Shown one piece after another: positions 10,939 through 24,160 of a stretch of 64,000 nt of DNA. The notes under the pieces were generated by a model, which saw only the letters and a list, made by a program, of their open reading frames with translations, had not been told where the DNA came from and searched no databases. The DNA comes from Mobula birostris (taxonomy: Eukaryota), in the NCBI RefSeq assembly GCF_030028105.1, contig NC_092386.1:17291258-17355257 (forward strand), read 5' to 3'. Position numbers and translations under genes: made by a program. The number at the start of each line of letters is the position of its first letter. Position 1 is the stretch's first letter.

Positions 10939-13019
10939 GCACTGGTATAATTGTTGCCTTTTTGAAGCAAGTGGGAACTTCTGCCCGTAGCAGTGAGAGG
11001 TTGAAAATGTCTTTGAATACTCCCGCTAGTTGGTTGGCACTGGTTTTCAGAGCCTTACCAGGTACTCCATCGGAACCGTCTGTCTTGCAAGGGTTCACTC
11101 TCTTTAAAGACAGCCTAACATCAGCCTCTGAGACAGGGATCACAGGATCGTCAGGTGCAGCAGGGATCTTCACAGCTGTAGTTAGGTTCTCCCTTTCAAT
11201 GTGGGCATAGAAGACGTTGAGTTCATCTGGTAGTGAAGCATTGCTACCATTCATGCTATTGGGTTTCGCTTTGTAGTAAGTAATGTCTTGCAAACCCTTC
11301 CAGAGTTGCCGTGCATCCGGTGTCACCTCCAACCTCATTCGAACTTGTCTCTTTGCCCTTGAAATAGCCCTCTGCAAATCATACCTGGTGTTTTGGTACA
11401 GGCCGGGGTCGCCAGACTTGAAGCCACAGCTCTAGCCTTCAGCAGACGACGTACTTCCTGGTTCACCCATGGCCTTTGGTTTGGGAATGTACAGTAAGTC
11501 TTTGTAGGCACACATTCATCCACACAGGTTTTAATGAAGTCAGTAACAACTGCAGCATTCTCATCCAGGTTCGAAGATGAATCCCTGAATACTGTCCAGT
11601 CCACTGATTCAAAGCAGTCCTGTAAGTGCTCCTGTGCTTCCCTTGTCCAAACCTTCTTGGTCCTTACAACTGGTGCTGCAGTCTTCAGTCTCTGCTTATA
11701 CTCAGGGAGTAGAAGTACAGCCAGGTGGTCAGACTTCCCGAAGTGAGGGTGTGGAATAGCGCAGTAGGCATTCTTGATGGTGGTGTAGCAACGATCCAGT
11801 GTGTTGTTTCCTCTGGTATTGCAAGTGATCTGTTGATGGTAATTGTTCAGTGGTTTTTTTTCAAACTGGCCCGGTAAAAATCCCCCAAAACGATGGTGAA
11901 GGCGTTAGGGTGCGCTGTTTCGTACATGTTGATCCCTTTGCTCAGATCATCTAAAGCCTGCTCACTAGATGAGAAAGGGAAGGTGGACCAGCACTAGAGG
12001 GATTGATAGGCAGGTGACCAGAAGAGAAAGGGTAAGAAGGGAGCCAGAATGGGGACTGGATAAAGGGAGAGGAGGATATACCAGAAGATGAAGAAATCAA
12101 TGTTCATGCTTCAGGCTGGAGACTACCCGAATGGAATAAGAGTTGTTGCTCCTTTAACCTGAGAATGGCCATGCCATGGCAGGAGAGAAGGCCATAGACC
12201 AACATGTTGGAATGGGAATAGGGAGTTCCTCTGCTTAGATGCTGCCTGACCTACTGAGTTGCCTCAGCATTTTGTATGCTACTTCATAAACTCTAAAAAG
12301 TTAATTACTAAATTATCTCTATTTGGTGAAAAGAATGCTGAGTACCTATGCGTCTAACTTTTTTATCCTGGTTTACTCCTTGTCTTTAGAATGGTGGCAC
12401 GTTTAATGAAATGCATTCACACTCTTTGGATAACTCCTGGCTTAGAGAAGAAGGGAAGACAAAGAGGGAACATTAGGCCTAAAGGCTGACAATGAAATTG
12501 AATAGCAAATGTTAGTGGTTAGATTTCCCCCTGGAAATATTCATCATTTGGCTACTGTGTGCATGAATATTGTCACACATCAGCCCACGCTTAAATATCA
12601 TTTATTGCCACATGGAAAAATGGGTTGCTCATTTGCTGAGGACATGACCTTGTGCTTGGTAGATAGCTTTGGAGTGTCTTTGTGAATCATCGTTTACTGA
12701 TGAGATATGAATGGAATTGAACCTTGTACAGTCACCAGCCAGCATTCCCATGCCTGAACTTGCCATGCAAGGAAAGATCACTTATGAAGCAGCTGAGGAT
12801 ACTTAGGATACTGTCCTGAGAAACTCCTCCAGGGAAATCCATCGCTAAGATGTTTGACCTCCAAAAATTGTGGCTTAGTTCCTTTGTCCAAGCATTGGAC
12901 TATTTTCCCTCTGATTTTAGTTTTACTCAGGCTTATGGATGGCACACTTGGTCAAATACTGCCTTGATGCCAAAATCGGTCAATCTCACCTCTGTCTTTG
13001 AATTCAGTTCCTTCTTCCA

Positions 13020-13880
13020 TTAAAACCATAAGACCTAGAAGCAGAATTAGGCCACTCAGCCCATTGAGTAAGCTCTGCCATTTCATCATGGCTGATTTAT
13101 TATCCTTCTCAAGCTTATTCTCCTGCCTTCTCCCCAGAACCTTTGACACCCTTCCCAATCAAGAATATATCAACCAATATATTAATTCAAATTCCACAGG
13201 GCATTTAAGAGACTTGTAGATGGGCACCTGGATGAAAGAAAATTGGAGGGCTACGTAGATGGGAAGGGTCAGACTGATCTTGGAATAAGTAAAAGGATGG
13301 GCACAACATTGTGGGCTGAAGCGCCTGTATTGTGCTGTACCGTTCTGTGTTGTTTGTTTGCAATAAGGCTGTGATGAACTCTGATACTCAGTAATCCTAC
13401 TGAAAGCAAACTGGGCATCTGGAGTAGATTATTGGTAATAAAGTGGCTCTTGATAAAACTGTACTTCTTCCAACTTTGTGTAGAACTTAGTGGTTATAAT
13501 GTTGTCTCTGCATTGGATAAACCATTTGCAGATTGAAACATAGAAAACCTACAGCACAATACAGGCCCTTCGGCCCACAAAGCTGTGCCAAACATGTCCT
13601 TACCTGAGAAACTACCTAGGGTTACCCATAGTCCTCTATTTTTCTGTGCTCCATGTATCTATCCAGGAGTTTTTGTTAAAAGACCCTATCGTTTCCGCCT
13701 CCACCACCATGGCCGGCAGCCCATTCCACGCACTCACCACTCTCTGCGTAAAAAACTTACCACTGATATCTCCTCTGTACCTGCTTCCAAGCACCTTAAA
13801 ACTGTGCCCTCTCACACTAGCCATTTCAGCCCTGAGATAAAGCCTCTGACTATCCACACGATCAATGCCTCTCATTGGTG
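13020..13880. mobile_element. Cluster of three CR1 3' ends (13020-13180 minus, 13195-13350 plus, 13540-13880 minus)
   Basis: ORF 13636-13884 (RGHSFKVLGSRYRGDISGKFFTQRVVSAWNGLP) and CR1 3'UTR motifs (GGGCCGAAGGGCCTGT). Confidence 0.8.
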
Positions 13881-14695
13881 TCAACTTTGCAAAGGATTTC
13901 AGTTTGGTCCCCTATGACTTTCCACTCACCTATCATTTTAATTTGCCATCCCACTCACAAGTTGACCTCATTGTCTCAGGCTTCTTAAGCTGTTCTTCAA
14001 AGCCGGTGCAGAGTCATGGAATAACATATGGCTGTTCGAACTGGGCACGTGTACCGTTAGCCACCCAGGGGAGGGGCGCCAGACACAGTGTGGCAGAGAA
14101 CAGTTGGACAGAGGATGTGCTGAGTTGGGGACTGGCCCCTACAGGCTGGCTTTCTCATCAGTGCTGCCCTCCAGTCTGTGCTCCCTGGAAGGCAAGCTGA
14201 ATTCCCATCATCTGCACCTGACTCAGTGCGAGATGAGAAACTGCTGCATTCTTGTTATTGCAAAAGCATGGCTCCAAGACAACATTCCATGCACTATCAT
14301 CTTCAGATGACGCCACTCAGGGACTTGTGTTAATATTATTTTGTGCCTGTATATGCTATCGTAACTAAATGTGCTCTGTGTGACTGTATATACTTTGTTT
14401 AGCATCTTGGTCCCAGCGGAATGATGTTTTGTTTCCCTGTATACATATGTGTGATTTTGTCGGCCGGTGGTGTAGTGGCGTCAGCACTGGACTTTGAGGT
14501 GAGTGGTCTTGGTTTCGAATCCAGCCAACTCCTTGCATGCTTTCCATCTGTGTTGGGTCGAGCTAACAACTCAGCCTTGTAAAAAAAGGCAATGCCAAAG
14601 AAATGGCAAGGTTGCTTCCCGATGCACCACAAGGCGTGGAGAGGAACAACAAAAACAACTATTATGTATGGTTGAACATTAAATTTGAATCTGAT
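13880..14695 (+). mobile_element. Internally deleted Rex1/Babar-like element (5' region/APE N-term joined to 3'UTR)
   Basis: SSLCSLEGKL..TQCEMRNCCILVIAKAWLQDNIP (APE N-terminus) runs directly into a LINE-type 3'UTR ending ATTAAATTTGAATCTGA. Confidence 0.55.
14459..14660 (+). mobile_element. tRNA-derived SINE with (AAC)n tail, probably RTE-mobilised
   Basis: A box TGGTGTAGTGG, B box GGTTTCGAATCC, tail GAACAACAAAAACAAC. Confidence 0.75.
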
Positions 14696-15089
14696 TACAG
14701 CTTCCAGGGATTAACTGCAGTGTTTTGTTCCAGCATCATTTTTATTTTAATTCTCATTCTTCTCCCTTTCTTTACATCTCCTTTAGAATGATCTGTGATT
14801 AGCAAAATTTTACCAGACCCCTGAAGCTGACATCACCACCACCTATGCCATTGTCGCTATTGATCTCCACCCTATTACAGACATTTCCTTCATTCTTTCG
14901 TCTCTGCAACTTTTAATTGATAACTTTTTCTTGATCATATGAAATGTTACTGACCTGAAATATTAATTCTGTTTCCCTCTTCATAGATGCTGCCTGACCT
15001 GCTGAGTATTTCCAGCATTTTCGAAGTGAAGAAGTCTGCTGCCGGTGTTAGTTAATCACCAGGGATGGTCTGAAAGCAGCTGAAGCCAA

Positions 15090-15335
15090 GGAGGAAAACC
15101 TGACAGACATTGCAGATGTGCAAAGCTTTCTGGGATACATCAACTTTCTGAACAAATTAGTGCCCCATCATGAGTCACTCAGAACTGGGCCAAGAAAAAT
15201 ATGGAATTATGTTTGATACTCATGAACAAGCAACAAAATTAATCAATATAATAGTCACAGCAGGCAACATTCCATTGTTTTAGAGCTACTACACAATGAT
15301 AACATCTATTCTAAAATGTGCTTGTTCTATGTATG
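15090..15335 (+). mobile_element. Old Gypsy/Ty3 pol fragment
   Basis: Translates NLTDIADVQSFLGYINFLNKLVP, resembling the RT thumb/connection motif of Gypsy pol. Confidence 0.55.
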
Positions 15336-16619
15336 AAATGCCAATCTCGGTACGTTAGCCTAAATTGGTAATGCCAAATTCTCATGATGCTGGCGTTGTG
15401 GCAGAAGTCTTCTGTTTATGTCCTTGTTTTTGAACCAGGATTAGGCTAATGTTGGGACCGAAGGCCCTAAAAGTGGGGGGGGGGGGGGGGAGAAAAGGGT
15501 CTGACAAATAAATAATAAAGGGATATAGAAGGGTCTGGGCATGAAATGTCAAGCGACTATTTATTCCTCTCCATAGATACTGCCTGACCTGCTGAGTTCC
15601 TCCAACACTTTGTATGCGTCACTCTGGATTTCTGGCATATGAAGAATTTTTTTGTGTTTATAAATTAGAGGGAATCTATCTGTGCTAGGTTTGCAGAACC
15701 CGTTCAAGATCTGGTCAGGAGGGAGAATTCCTTAAAATTGTACCACTACCAGTTAAGCAGCACTATTCAAAATCTAGCTTGGATGGCAATCTTAGATTGC
15801 AAGAAATTGATCCAAAGTGCAGGCTGCTTTCTCCCTGCAACACTCTAAATGAGTGATATAGAAGGAATAACATCCTTTTGTGTTCATCTGACACGGAAAA
15901 TGAATCATCTGTGCATGTAGGAATAGTGGCAGAGAGTACTCTGTGATTAATGGAGTGATGTCGTTTAAAATTTTAAAACAGACCTTCTGCCAGCATTTTC
16001 CTCCTGTTCTCAGTAGTATTTGAAGACGGCCATCGGATTGAACTGTGTGCAGAAGATGCCCCCAGGAAGCTGCTTTGAAGTGGTTTGATATAATTTGAGT
16101 CGATATAAAGTTACTTTGAAAGGCAGCTACGAATCAAGAATGCTAGTGAGGAACTGGAAGCACTTACAGGCCACACCAGGTAAAATGACCTAAAGTAAGT
16201 TCTTCTGATTATTTACAAAAATCATCCAGATTACATGGGCTTTGTTAAAAAGTGCAGGCCAGAGTGCAAATACTGTGTGCTTGAATGTGCCTGAACATTG
16301 GTAATTGACCTCAAGCTTATATGTGTACTCATGACCAGGTCTTCCAAGAGAGAGATGCAGGGTCAGAGACTACACATGCACAACTGACACAGGAGTGGCA
16401 AATGCAGTCACCTGAGTCTAGCCTGCAGCCTGAAATGTCTCAAGGTCAGCTCTCAGGATATCTAGATCGCCATTGCTAAAGTTCATGAGAGAAACTGCTA
16501 GGTTTTAGCATCAGTGCGAATGATGTTGGTTTCTTTTACAAAGGCCCAAGCTGTTAACAATTTACATCAATGATTTGAAAGAGGAGTGCAAGTGTAGTAT
16601 ATCATCATTACCTGATTAC

Positions 16620-18025
16620 ACTGAGCTGTACATGCTCTATTCTCACTGCAACCATCAGGAAGAAGGTATAGGAGCCTCGGGATACACACCAATAGGTTCA
16701 TGAACGGTTATTACCCTCAACCATCAGGCTCTTGAACCAAAGGGGATAACTTCACTCAACTTCACTTGCCCCATTATTGAAATGTTCCCACAACCTATGG
16801 AATCACTTTCCATCTCATGTTCTTGATATTTATTATTTATTTATTTTCATATTGTTGCCTTTTGCACAGTGGTTGAACAAAAGACAAATGATCTTTCATT
16901 GATACTATTATGGATTTATTGGGTATGCCTGCAAGAAAATTAATCTCAAGGTTGTATATGGTGACAGACATGTGCTTTGATAATAAATTTACTTTGAACT
17001 TTCAATGACAGTGTGGAAAATACAGGGTATTTAGAGAATATTGGAAATATAGATAGGCTAAGAGTGTGAATGATAGCATGGTCAAAAAGGTCATCAATAT
17101 CTCTACATCCTCAGGTGGATTTAAAAGCTTGGCAGGACCCATAGACCATTACCATCTTTTTTTGATGCACCTATAAAGCATCCTATCTGGATGCATCATG
17201 GCTTGGTAAATCAACTGCTCTGTATGTGATTGCAAGAAACAGCAGAGAGTTATGGACATGCCTCAGCATTTGGAAACCCAGCCTCCCTTCCATGAACTGT
17301 CTGTAATTCTCACTGCCTTAGTAAAGTAGCCAGCCTTATTAAAGACCTCACCCACCCGAGACATTCTCCCTTCTTCCCTCTCCCATTGGGCAGGAGATAC
17401 AAAAGCCTGAAAGTGAGTACTTTCAAGTTTATTGTCATCTGACTGTACACTTATACAACCAAATGAAACAACATTCCTCTGGACCATGCTGCACCCTCAA
17501 AACATGCATCACACACAACACATAAAAACAACATATTGCCATAAATAAGTTCATAAAATACAATTCAAAATGCATTTAGTGCACAGTACAGGTAAAGTGA
17601 ACAACTTGATGTCCTAGTGATGAGACCTTGGTGGCGGTGGCTGGGTATTCATTTGTCTCACAGCCTGAGGGAAGAAGGTGTTAGCCAGTCTGGCAGTCCT
17701 GGTCCTGTACCTCCTTCCTGATGACAGTGGATCAGAGAGATTGTGGGTGGGTGGTAGGGATCCCCAACAATGCTTCTGGGCCCTTCCTCTACAACAGGCT
17801 CAAGGAAAGATTCTGTTGTAAGATTATCGAATGATCCCCTGGTATGAGATGGCTCCTGGCCTCGCCATCTACCTCATTATGTTTTTGCACCTTACCAGTT
17901 ACCTGCACCACACTTTTTTGGTATTGCTTACACTTTATGTATTGTTTTTTGCTTTACTTTATTCAAGTTCAATGGACTGCGTATTGATTTGATCTGTATA
18001 AAGAGATGCAAGACAAGCCTGTTAC
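16620..18025. mobile_element. Nested Rex1/Babar 3' fragments
   Basis: Family-typical RT C-terminal and 3'UTR sequence with AATAAA...(CTTTGAA)n tails; a minus-strand copy (~17420-17790) sits inside a plus copy. Confidence 0.7.
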
Positions 18026-18049
18026 AATAATAAACACTAATGAGCTCTT

Positions 18050-18455
18050 TAGGCTTGTGCAGGGAGCCAGACAGCATTGGGCTCCAAGGTTTTTAGTGCA
18101 CCTGAATTGGTTAATTTTTGTTTTATGAAAATGGTTAATCGATTAGAATTCCTTGTGTTTTTCTCGAGCGACTCGCTCTTTGTAATACTGACTCTTGGTG
18201 CTTTCTGTTCAAGCTTGTTAGGTTTACTTTGATAGGCGCTGCGACTCCGTGTTAATTGCATTATTTAAGCAGATGCCTGATTAGCACTAATCACATGGTC
18301 CTAGTTTAGAGAATGTAACATCTCGTGGTGCCTCTCAGCTGAGCCATCGATGTCCTGTTGGAGTTCTTATAAATAAACGCTGGTCGCCATCTCTACACTG
18401 GAGTCTGTCTTTCCTTCGCACTTGGGTTCCGACATTGCCAGCGCACATTGTGACA
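18050..18455 (+). mobile_element. Solo LTR-like element (Gypsy-type)
   Basis: AATAAA at ~18372 and a 3' end GCACTTGGGTTC...TGTGACA that matches the reverse of the 36703 LTR start (GAACCCAAGTGC); 5' boundary unclear. Confidence 0.55.
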
Positions 18456-18819
18456 TTAACCACGTGACAATGACAAACAAATACTAATCTCAATTTCTGG
18501 ATGCAGTGAGATGGTCAGTGTTTCAGGCTGAGGCTATGTATCAGGGCTGAGGGTAAAAAATGGCAATACCCAGGAAAAGAAGTGAGTTCAGCTTCTCTTT
18601 CTACAGAGGCAGCCTAACCTGCTATGTATTTCCAGCATTTTCTGTCACTACTGGGAATATTTTAACCTGTAATACTGCAGTGCCTCTTTATTCATTCCAA
18701 GCTGCTGACTCATCCCCTTCATGCTATAAAGCCATAATATATATGAGCATCATTTAGACCATTGAGTTTGCTCTATAACTCAGTCTTTACTGCAATTGTC
18801 CACTCTTTGGCCATCTCCC

Positions 18820-19340
18820 ATTTACTCTTAATCTCCTTACCAATCAAGAACCTATCAATCTCTGCCTTAAATACACCCAGTGACTTGGCCTGCAGAACCC
18901 TCTGTTGCTATGAATGCCACAGATGCCCCACTCAGAGGCTCAGAAATTCTTCAGCATCTCAGTTTTACAGAGATGTTTCTTCATTCTGAGGCTCTGCCCT
19001 TGGATCCCACACTCACCTAATAATGGAAGCATCCTCTCCACGCCCACTGAGTATCCAGTGGGTTTCAATGAGATTCTCCTCATCCTTAGGAGCTGCAATA
19101 GATACAGGCCCAGAGGAATCAAGTGCTCCTCGTTTGTAAAATCTTTCATTCTGGGATTATCCTTGCGGACCCTTTTTGGATCCTTTCCAGGCCAGCATAT
19201 TCTTCTTTAGATATGCGGGTCCAAAATTGCTCACAGTATTCCAGATGCGTTCTGACTAATGACTTATAACAGTTTCAGAAGTCCATTCTAGCTCTCTTGA
19301 AATGAATGCTAACATTGTATTTGACCCCTTTACTACTGAC
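18820..19340 (-). mobile_element. CR1 3' fragment
   Basis: ORF 18940-19149 and flanks match the CR1 copy at 4852-5450. Confidence 0.75.
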
Positions 19341-19429
19341 TCAAGTCTCTGAAATTCTCCTGAACCACCCTGATCAACTAGACCATGTCATGTCACCAAC
19401 ATCACCAGTTGAACCCTCCTCACATCTCC

Positions 19430-19732
19430 TAGTTTCATCTCTCTGGTGGAATGTTCATCTGTTCCATGTGAGCAAAAGTTCCACCATGGATGGTCCCAAG
19501 CCCGACTGCAAAAAGAAGTGGGTTTGGCAGGGAGCTAGTAACAACATCCCGTAAAAACTCAGTGCTATTGAAATGCCAACAGAAGCTCCAAGGACCTCAT
19601 TCCTGAGAGAGGAAGGATATTCCCCTAGAAGACACTTGGGGACAACTTGAAAGACTGGCCCAGGAAGGAGGACTTGGTGAGCTCCCGTCAACAGCCTATG
19701 CCCCAGTAGGACCAATGAGGATAGGTAAGTAA
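19430..19732 (+). mobile_element. Bipartite non-autonomous RTE-derived element
   Basis: RTE 5'UTR-like GGTCCCAAGCCC...GCTAGTAACAACATCCCGTAAAAAC joined to an RTE-like 3' end (TWGQLERLAQE..) and a (GTAA)n tail. Confidence 0.55.
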
Positions 19733-20684
19733 TTAACTATATATTCTGATGTTTTACGTGACTTCAAATATCCTACGGAGAAACTTGCTGCGCTATATAA
19801 ACTCAGTGACCACTTTATTAGATACAGGAGGTACCTAATAAAATGGCCACTGGCTGTATTTCATGGTCTTCAGCTGCTGGTGTAATGTTGCTGTACTTTC
19901 AGAGATACCCTTCTGCACAATACTGTTATTGGGTAGATAAGTTGTGAGATCATAAAGAATTAATGAAAGTGGAAGTGTGGATGATAGTTGAACAAAAATT
20001 TTAATTCATAGGTCAAACCAGAAAACTCAGTTGACAAGACAGTGATTAGTAAAGAAAAGAGTGCTGTAAGAACATACAGGTTACATCCCCTAGGCAGGAA
20101 AACCACAACTTGGGAAACGAAAAATGCCTTTGATGTGTAAACTTGTATAAGTAAATAAGTGAAGCAAAAATAAACAAAAGGAGAAACCCTGGTGATGGAA
20201 GAAATAATAGAATGAAGGATTAAGGATTAGTTAGTAAGAGTTCCTAAAGAATTCAAAAGATATTTGGATAGGATATCTAAACCAGCACAAAACACTTGCA
20301 ATTATATTAGAGAAAATAATGCTTAAGAGCAATGTGAGTTTTATAAAAATTGCCAATAAGGAGTTATAAATGAAAATAAGGGAAATAGTGAGAATATTAA
20401 GTAATTACTTCACATCACTGTTACACTGGAGCAGGGGTTCCCAGCCCCCTTGCTGAATGGTAAGGCTCCATGGCATAAAATGTTTGGGAACCCCAGACAG
20501 GAAGGACATGCTGAATATTACAATAATGAATCAAGGACTGAAACTCAACAATTTGGCACATGCTGCATACCAATTCCCATAACTGAACTGACTTATGTGA
20601 AAACTATGGAGAGTTGCACAACATTGTGGACCAAAGGCCTGTTCCTGAATGTTCTATATTCTAACGTGTCTAATTTATTTATAT

Positions 20685-22210
20685 ACACTCAGTGGCAACT
20701 TTATTTGGTAAATCTATACAGCTGCTCATTAATGCAAAATGTCTAATCAGCCAATCATATGGCAGGAACTCAATGCATAAGAGCATGCAGACATGACCTA
20801 GGTGTTCAGATCAAACACCAGTATGGGGAAGAAATGTGATCTAAGCGACTTGGACCGTGGGATGATTGTTGGTCATAGGCCACTGTCCTAGGCCGAAACA
20901 AAAGTGGTGATATATTAGCATATAGTGGGGAGATTGAAAATCTGGCGAAGTGGTGCCATAACAACCATCTCTTACCCAACACCATCAAGATGAAGAACCT
21001 AATTATTGACTTCAGGAGGAGAAAACCAGGGGTCCATTAGCCAGACCTCATCTGAGGATCAGAGGTGGAGAGGGTCATCAACTTTAAATTCTTCTGTGTT
21101 ATCATTTTGGAGGGTCTGTCCTGGGCTGAGCATGTAATTATGCAGAAAGTACAGCAAGGCCTCTAACTTGTTAGGAGTTTATGAGGTTTCAGCATGACAC
21201 CCGAAACTGACAAACTTCTATAGATGCGTCATAGAGAATATATTGACTGGCTGCATCTCAGCCTTGTATGGAAACAGTAAATCCCTTGTATGCCCGCGGA
21301 TGGAAAATCCTATAAGTAGTGGATACGGCCCAGTCCATCATGGGTAAGGCCCTCCCAACCAGTGAGCACATTCACACAAAGTGTTGTCGCGGAAAAACGA
21401 CATCCGTCAAGAGGGATCCCTCACCCACGTCATGCTCTATTCTCACTGCTGCCATGAGGAGCCTCAGGACTCACACCACCAGGTTCAGGAACAATTAATA
21501 CTCCTCAACCTTCTGGCACTTGAACCAATGGGGATAACTCCACTTAAACTTCACCAGCCCCATCACTGACATTTTCCCACAGACTATAGGCTCACTTTCA
21601 AGGACCCTTCATCTGATGTTCTTTATATTTATTACTAACTTATTTATTATTATTTCTTTCTTTTTGTATTTGCATAGGTTGTTGTCTTTTGTATACTGGT
21701 TGAACACCCAAGGTGGTACGGTCTTTCATTAATTCTATTATGGTTATTAATCTATTAAGCATTTATTGAGTACGCCCACAAGAAAATGAACCTCAGGATT
21801 GTATATGGTGACATATATGTGCTTTGATAGTACTTTCAACTTTGGTGCCATATGGGGCGGTTTGGATATCTCAGAAACTGATCTCCTGGGATTTTCACAC
21901 AACAATCTCCAAAGATTACAGAGAATGGTGCGATAAACAAAAAAAAAAATTCCACTGTGTAGCAGTTCTGTAGGCAAAAATGCCTTGGTGATAAGCGAGG
22001 TTAGAGGAGAATGACCGGACTGGTTCAAGCTAACAGGAAGGTAACAGTAACTCAATCATGCGTTACAACAATGGTGTGCAGAAGAGCATCCCTGAATGCA
22101 TAACACATTGAACCTTGAAGTGAGTGGCTACAGCAGCAGAAGACCGCGACCACACACTCAGTGGCCACTTTGTTAGCTGCAGGAGGTACCTAGAAAAGTG
22201 ACCACTGAGC
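20685..22210 (+). mobile_element. Tc1-like non-autonomous element (TIR CACTCAGTGGCCACTTTATT), split by a Rex1/Babar 3' fragment (~20885-21843)
   Basis: TA-flanked TIRs at ~20685 and ~22195-22210. Same family at 19800-19930, 43393-45020 and 49046-52210. Confidence 0.7.
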
Positions 22211-22794
22211 ATATATTAACTCAAGGTGAATATTTTTTCAAGTTTCTTCCCCCAAGCCATCAGACTCCTCAATACCCAGAGCCTGGCTTGACACCAACCT
22301 ACTATACCCTCTACTGTGCCTACTGTCTTGTTTATTATTTATTGTAGTGCCTGCACTGTTTTGTGCACTTTACGCAGTCCTGGATAGATCTGTAGTCTAG
22401 TGTAGTTTTTGTGTTTTTTCTTACGTAGTTTAGTGTAGTTTTTGTATTGCTTCATGTAGCACCATGGTCCTGGAAAACGTAGTCTCATTTTTACTATGTT
22501 CTGTGCCAGCAGTTATGGTTGAAGTGACAATAAAGTGACTTGACTTGATATTGTGAGAAAAGTAATTTCTGATTTCTGTTTTTAAAATCAAAAAATCATC
22601 AGTATTCGTTAGCCACATATTCAATTTTCCCATAGCTACAACATCTGTGAGATCTCAAATATAGTTGTTTCTCAAACACATTCCATTCACTTATCTCTTC
22701 TTTTCTTTTTCCCAAATTGCCCTTCAGTTTAATCTCAACTGTACGCAGTTTATTGCTAGCTCTCGATTCTAATAAAAAGCCTATCATTTGCTCA

Positions 22795-23310
22795 GTCAAT
22801 TGTGTGCAGTTCTGCTCACCAACCTACAGGAAAGATATCAATAAGGTTGAAAGAGTGCAAAGACAATTACAGGGATGTTGCTGGGACTTGAGTACCTGAG
22901 TTATAGGGAATGACTGAATAAGTTAGTACTTTATTCCCTGGAGCGTTGGAGAATAAGGGGGGAATTGAGATAATAAAATTATGAGAGGCATACATAGGCT
23001 AAACGAATGCAGGCTTTTTCTACTGAGGTTGGGTCGAACTAGAACATTGAGGGTAAAAGGTGAAATTACAGAGATCCTGAGCAGGAACTTATTCACTCAA
23101 AGGGTGGTGTGAGTGCAGAATGGGCTGCCAGCGGAAGTGGTGGATGCGGGAACAACTGCAATATTTAAGAGAATTTTGGATAAGTATATGCATAGGAGGT
23201 GTAAGGAACGTTATAGTCCATGTGTGGATTGATGGGATCAGGCGGGTTAACAGTTGGCATGGACTAGATGAGCCAAAGGGCATGTTTCTGTGCTGTAGCC
23301 TTATGACTCT
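22795..23310 (+). mobile_element. CR1 3' fragment
   Basis: CVQFCSPTYRKDINKVERVQRQ plus a CR1 3'UTR and (TGACTCT)-like tail. Confidence 0.85.
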
Positions 23311-23744
23311 TCTCCCTCCCACTTTATTTCACTTTCCATCGTTCTTGATATTTCCAAATTCCTGCCACCATCCTGCTCTTTAAATGGCGGACTTGATTGT
23401 TCCATTTTCATTAACTACTGATTTAATCTTTCTTAATAATTTCTTCCAATGCATAGTTATTTCAGCACCACTGTTGATGTTGGATCCGCTTTCAGCTATT
23501 TGATTCTTATCAACCTTCTCTGGATCACTCAAGCATTTGCAATTCCAGGGTCAAACTCAATGGTCACACCCTGGCTCCAACATTCAGGTCCACCTTTCAT
23601 ACCACCAACTTATGTTCTGTATTTAATGTCCAATTATGCCTTTCACAATTCCAAACAGTTGTTTTCTTATCTATGCCTACAGCATTAACTGTGGGTTGTC
23701 ACAGAAATCCATGTTTAGATTCCTCAAAGTTAAATAGATCGAAT

Positions 23745-24160
23745 CACAAACAAGAGAAAATCTGCAGATGCTGGAAATCAAACTAATACACATGAAATGC
23801 TGGAGGAACTCAGCAGGCCAGGCAGCATCTATGGAAAACAGTAAACAGTCGATGTTTTGGGCCAAGAACCTTCATCGTGATCAGAAAAAAGGATTAGGAG
23901 GAAGAGTAAGAAGGTGGGGGAGGAGAGGAAGAAGTACAAGGTAGTAAGCGATAGGTGAAACTGGGAAAGGAGAACTGTGAAGTAAATGGCTGGAAAGTTG
24001 ATCGGTGAAAGAGGGAAAGGGCTGGTGAAAGGGGAATCTGAAAGGACAGGACAGAAGGCCATGGAAGAAAGGGAAGGGAGAGGAGCACCAGAGGGAGGTG
24101 TTGGGCAATTAAGGAGAGAAGGTGCGAAGGGGAAATGGGAATAGTGAAGGAGAAGGGCCC
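23745..24160 (-). mobile_element. Penelope terminal repeat with degenerate hammerhead
   Basis: Matches the 3' region of the Penelope copies; reverse complement ..CGATGAAGGTTCTTGGCCCAAAACATCGACTG. Confidence 0.8.

Larger units (their letters stand above)
9412..11960 (-). mobile_element. Rex1/Babar-like LINE, 5'-truncated, APE C-term + RT + 3'UTR
   Basis: ORFs 11335-11604, 10295-11377 (DPLQFAYRHNRSTADTIS..GAPQGCVLNPLLYSLY) and 9963-10166 (FRFLGVKISEDLTWSQHIN); tail AATAAACCTGATTCTGATG. Confidence 0.9.
9085..12285 (-). mobile_element. Penelope 3' end/terminal repeat split by a Rex1/Babar insertion (parts 9085-9411 and ~11965-12230, plus a short inverted piece to 12285)
   Basis: Both parts match the 3' ends of the Penelope copies at 30215-31750 and 49497-51590 and join end to end across the LINE. 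Confidence 0.7.

Noticed and set aside
14459-14530. tRNA-like heads here and at ~55810-55881
   Set aside because: They are SINE heads with bodies, tails and (for 55588-55881) a TSD; no intact cloverleaf.
15475-15490. 16-G homopolymer as a G-quadruplex element
   Set aside because: Isolated simple repeat between decayed TEs; length unreliable and no supporting context.
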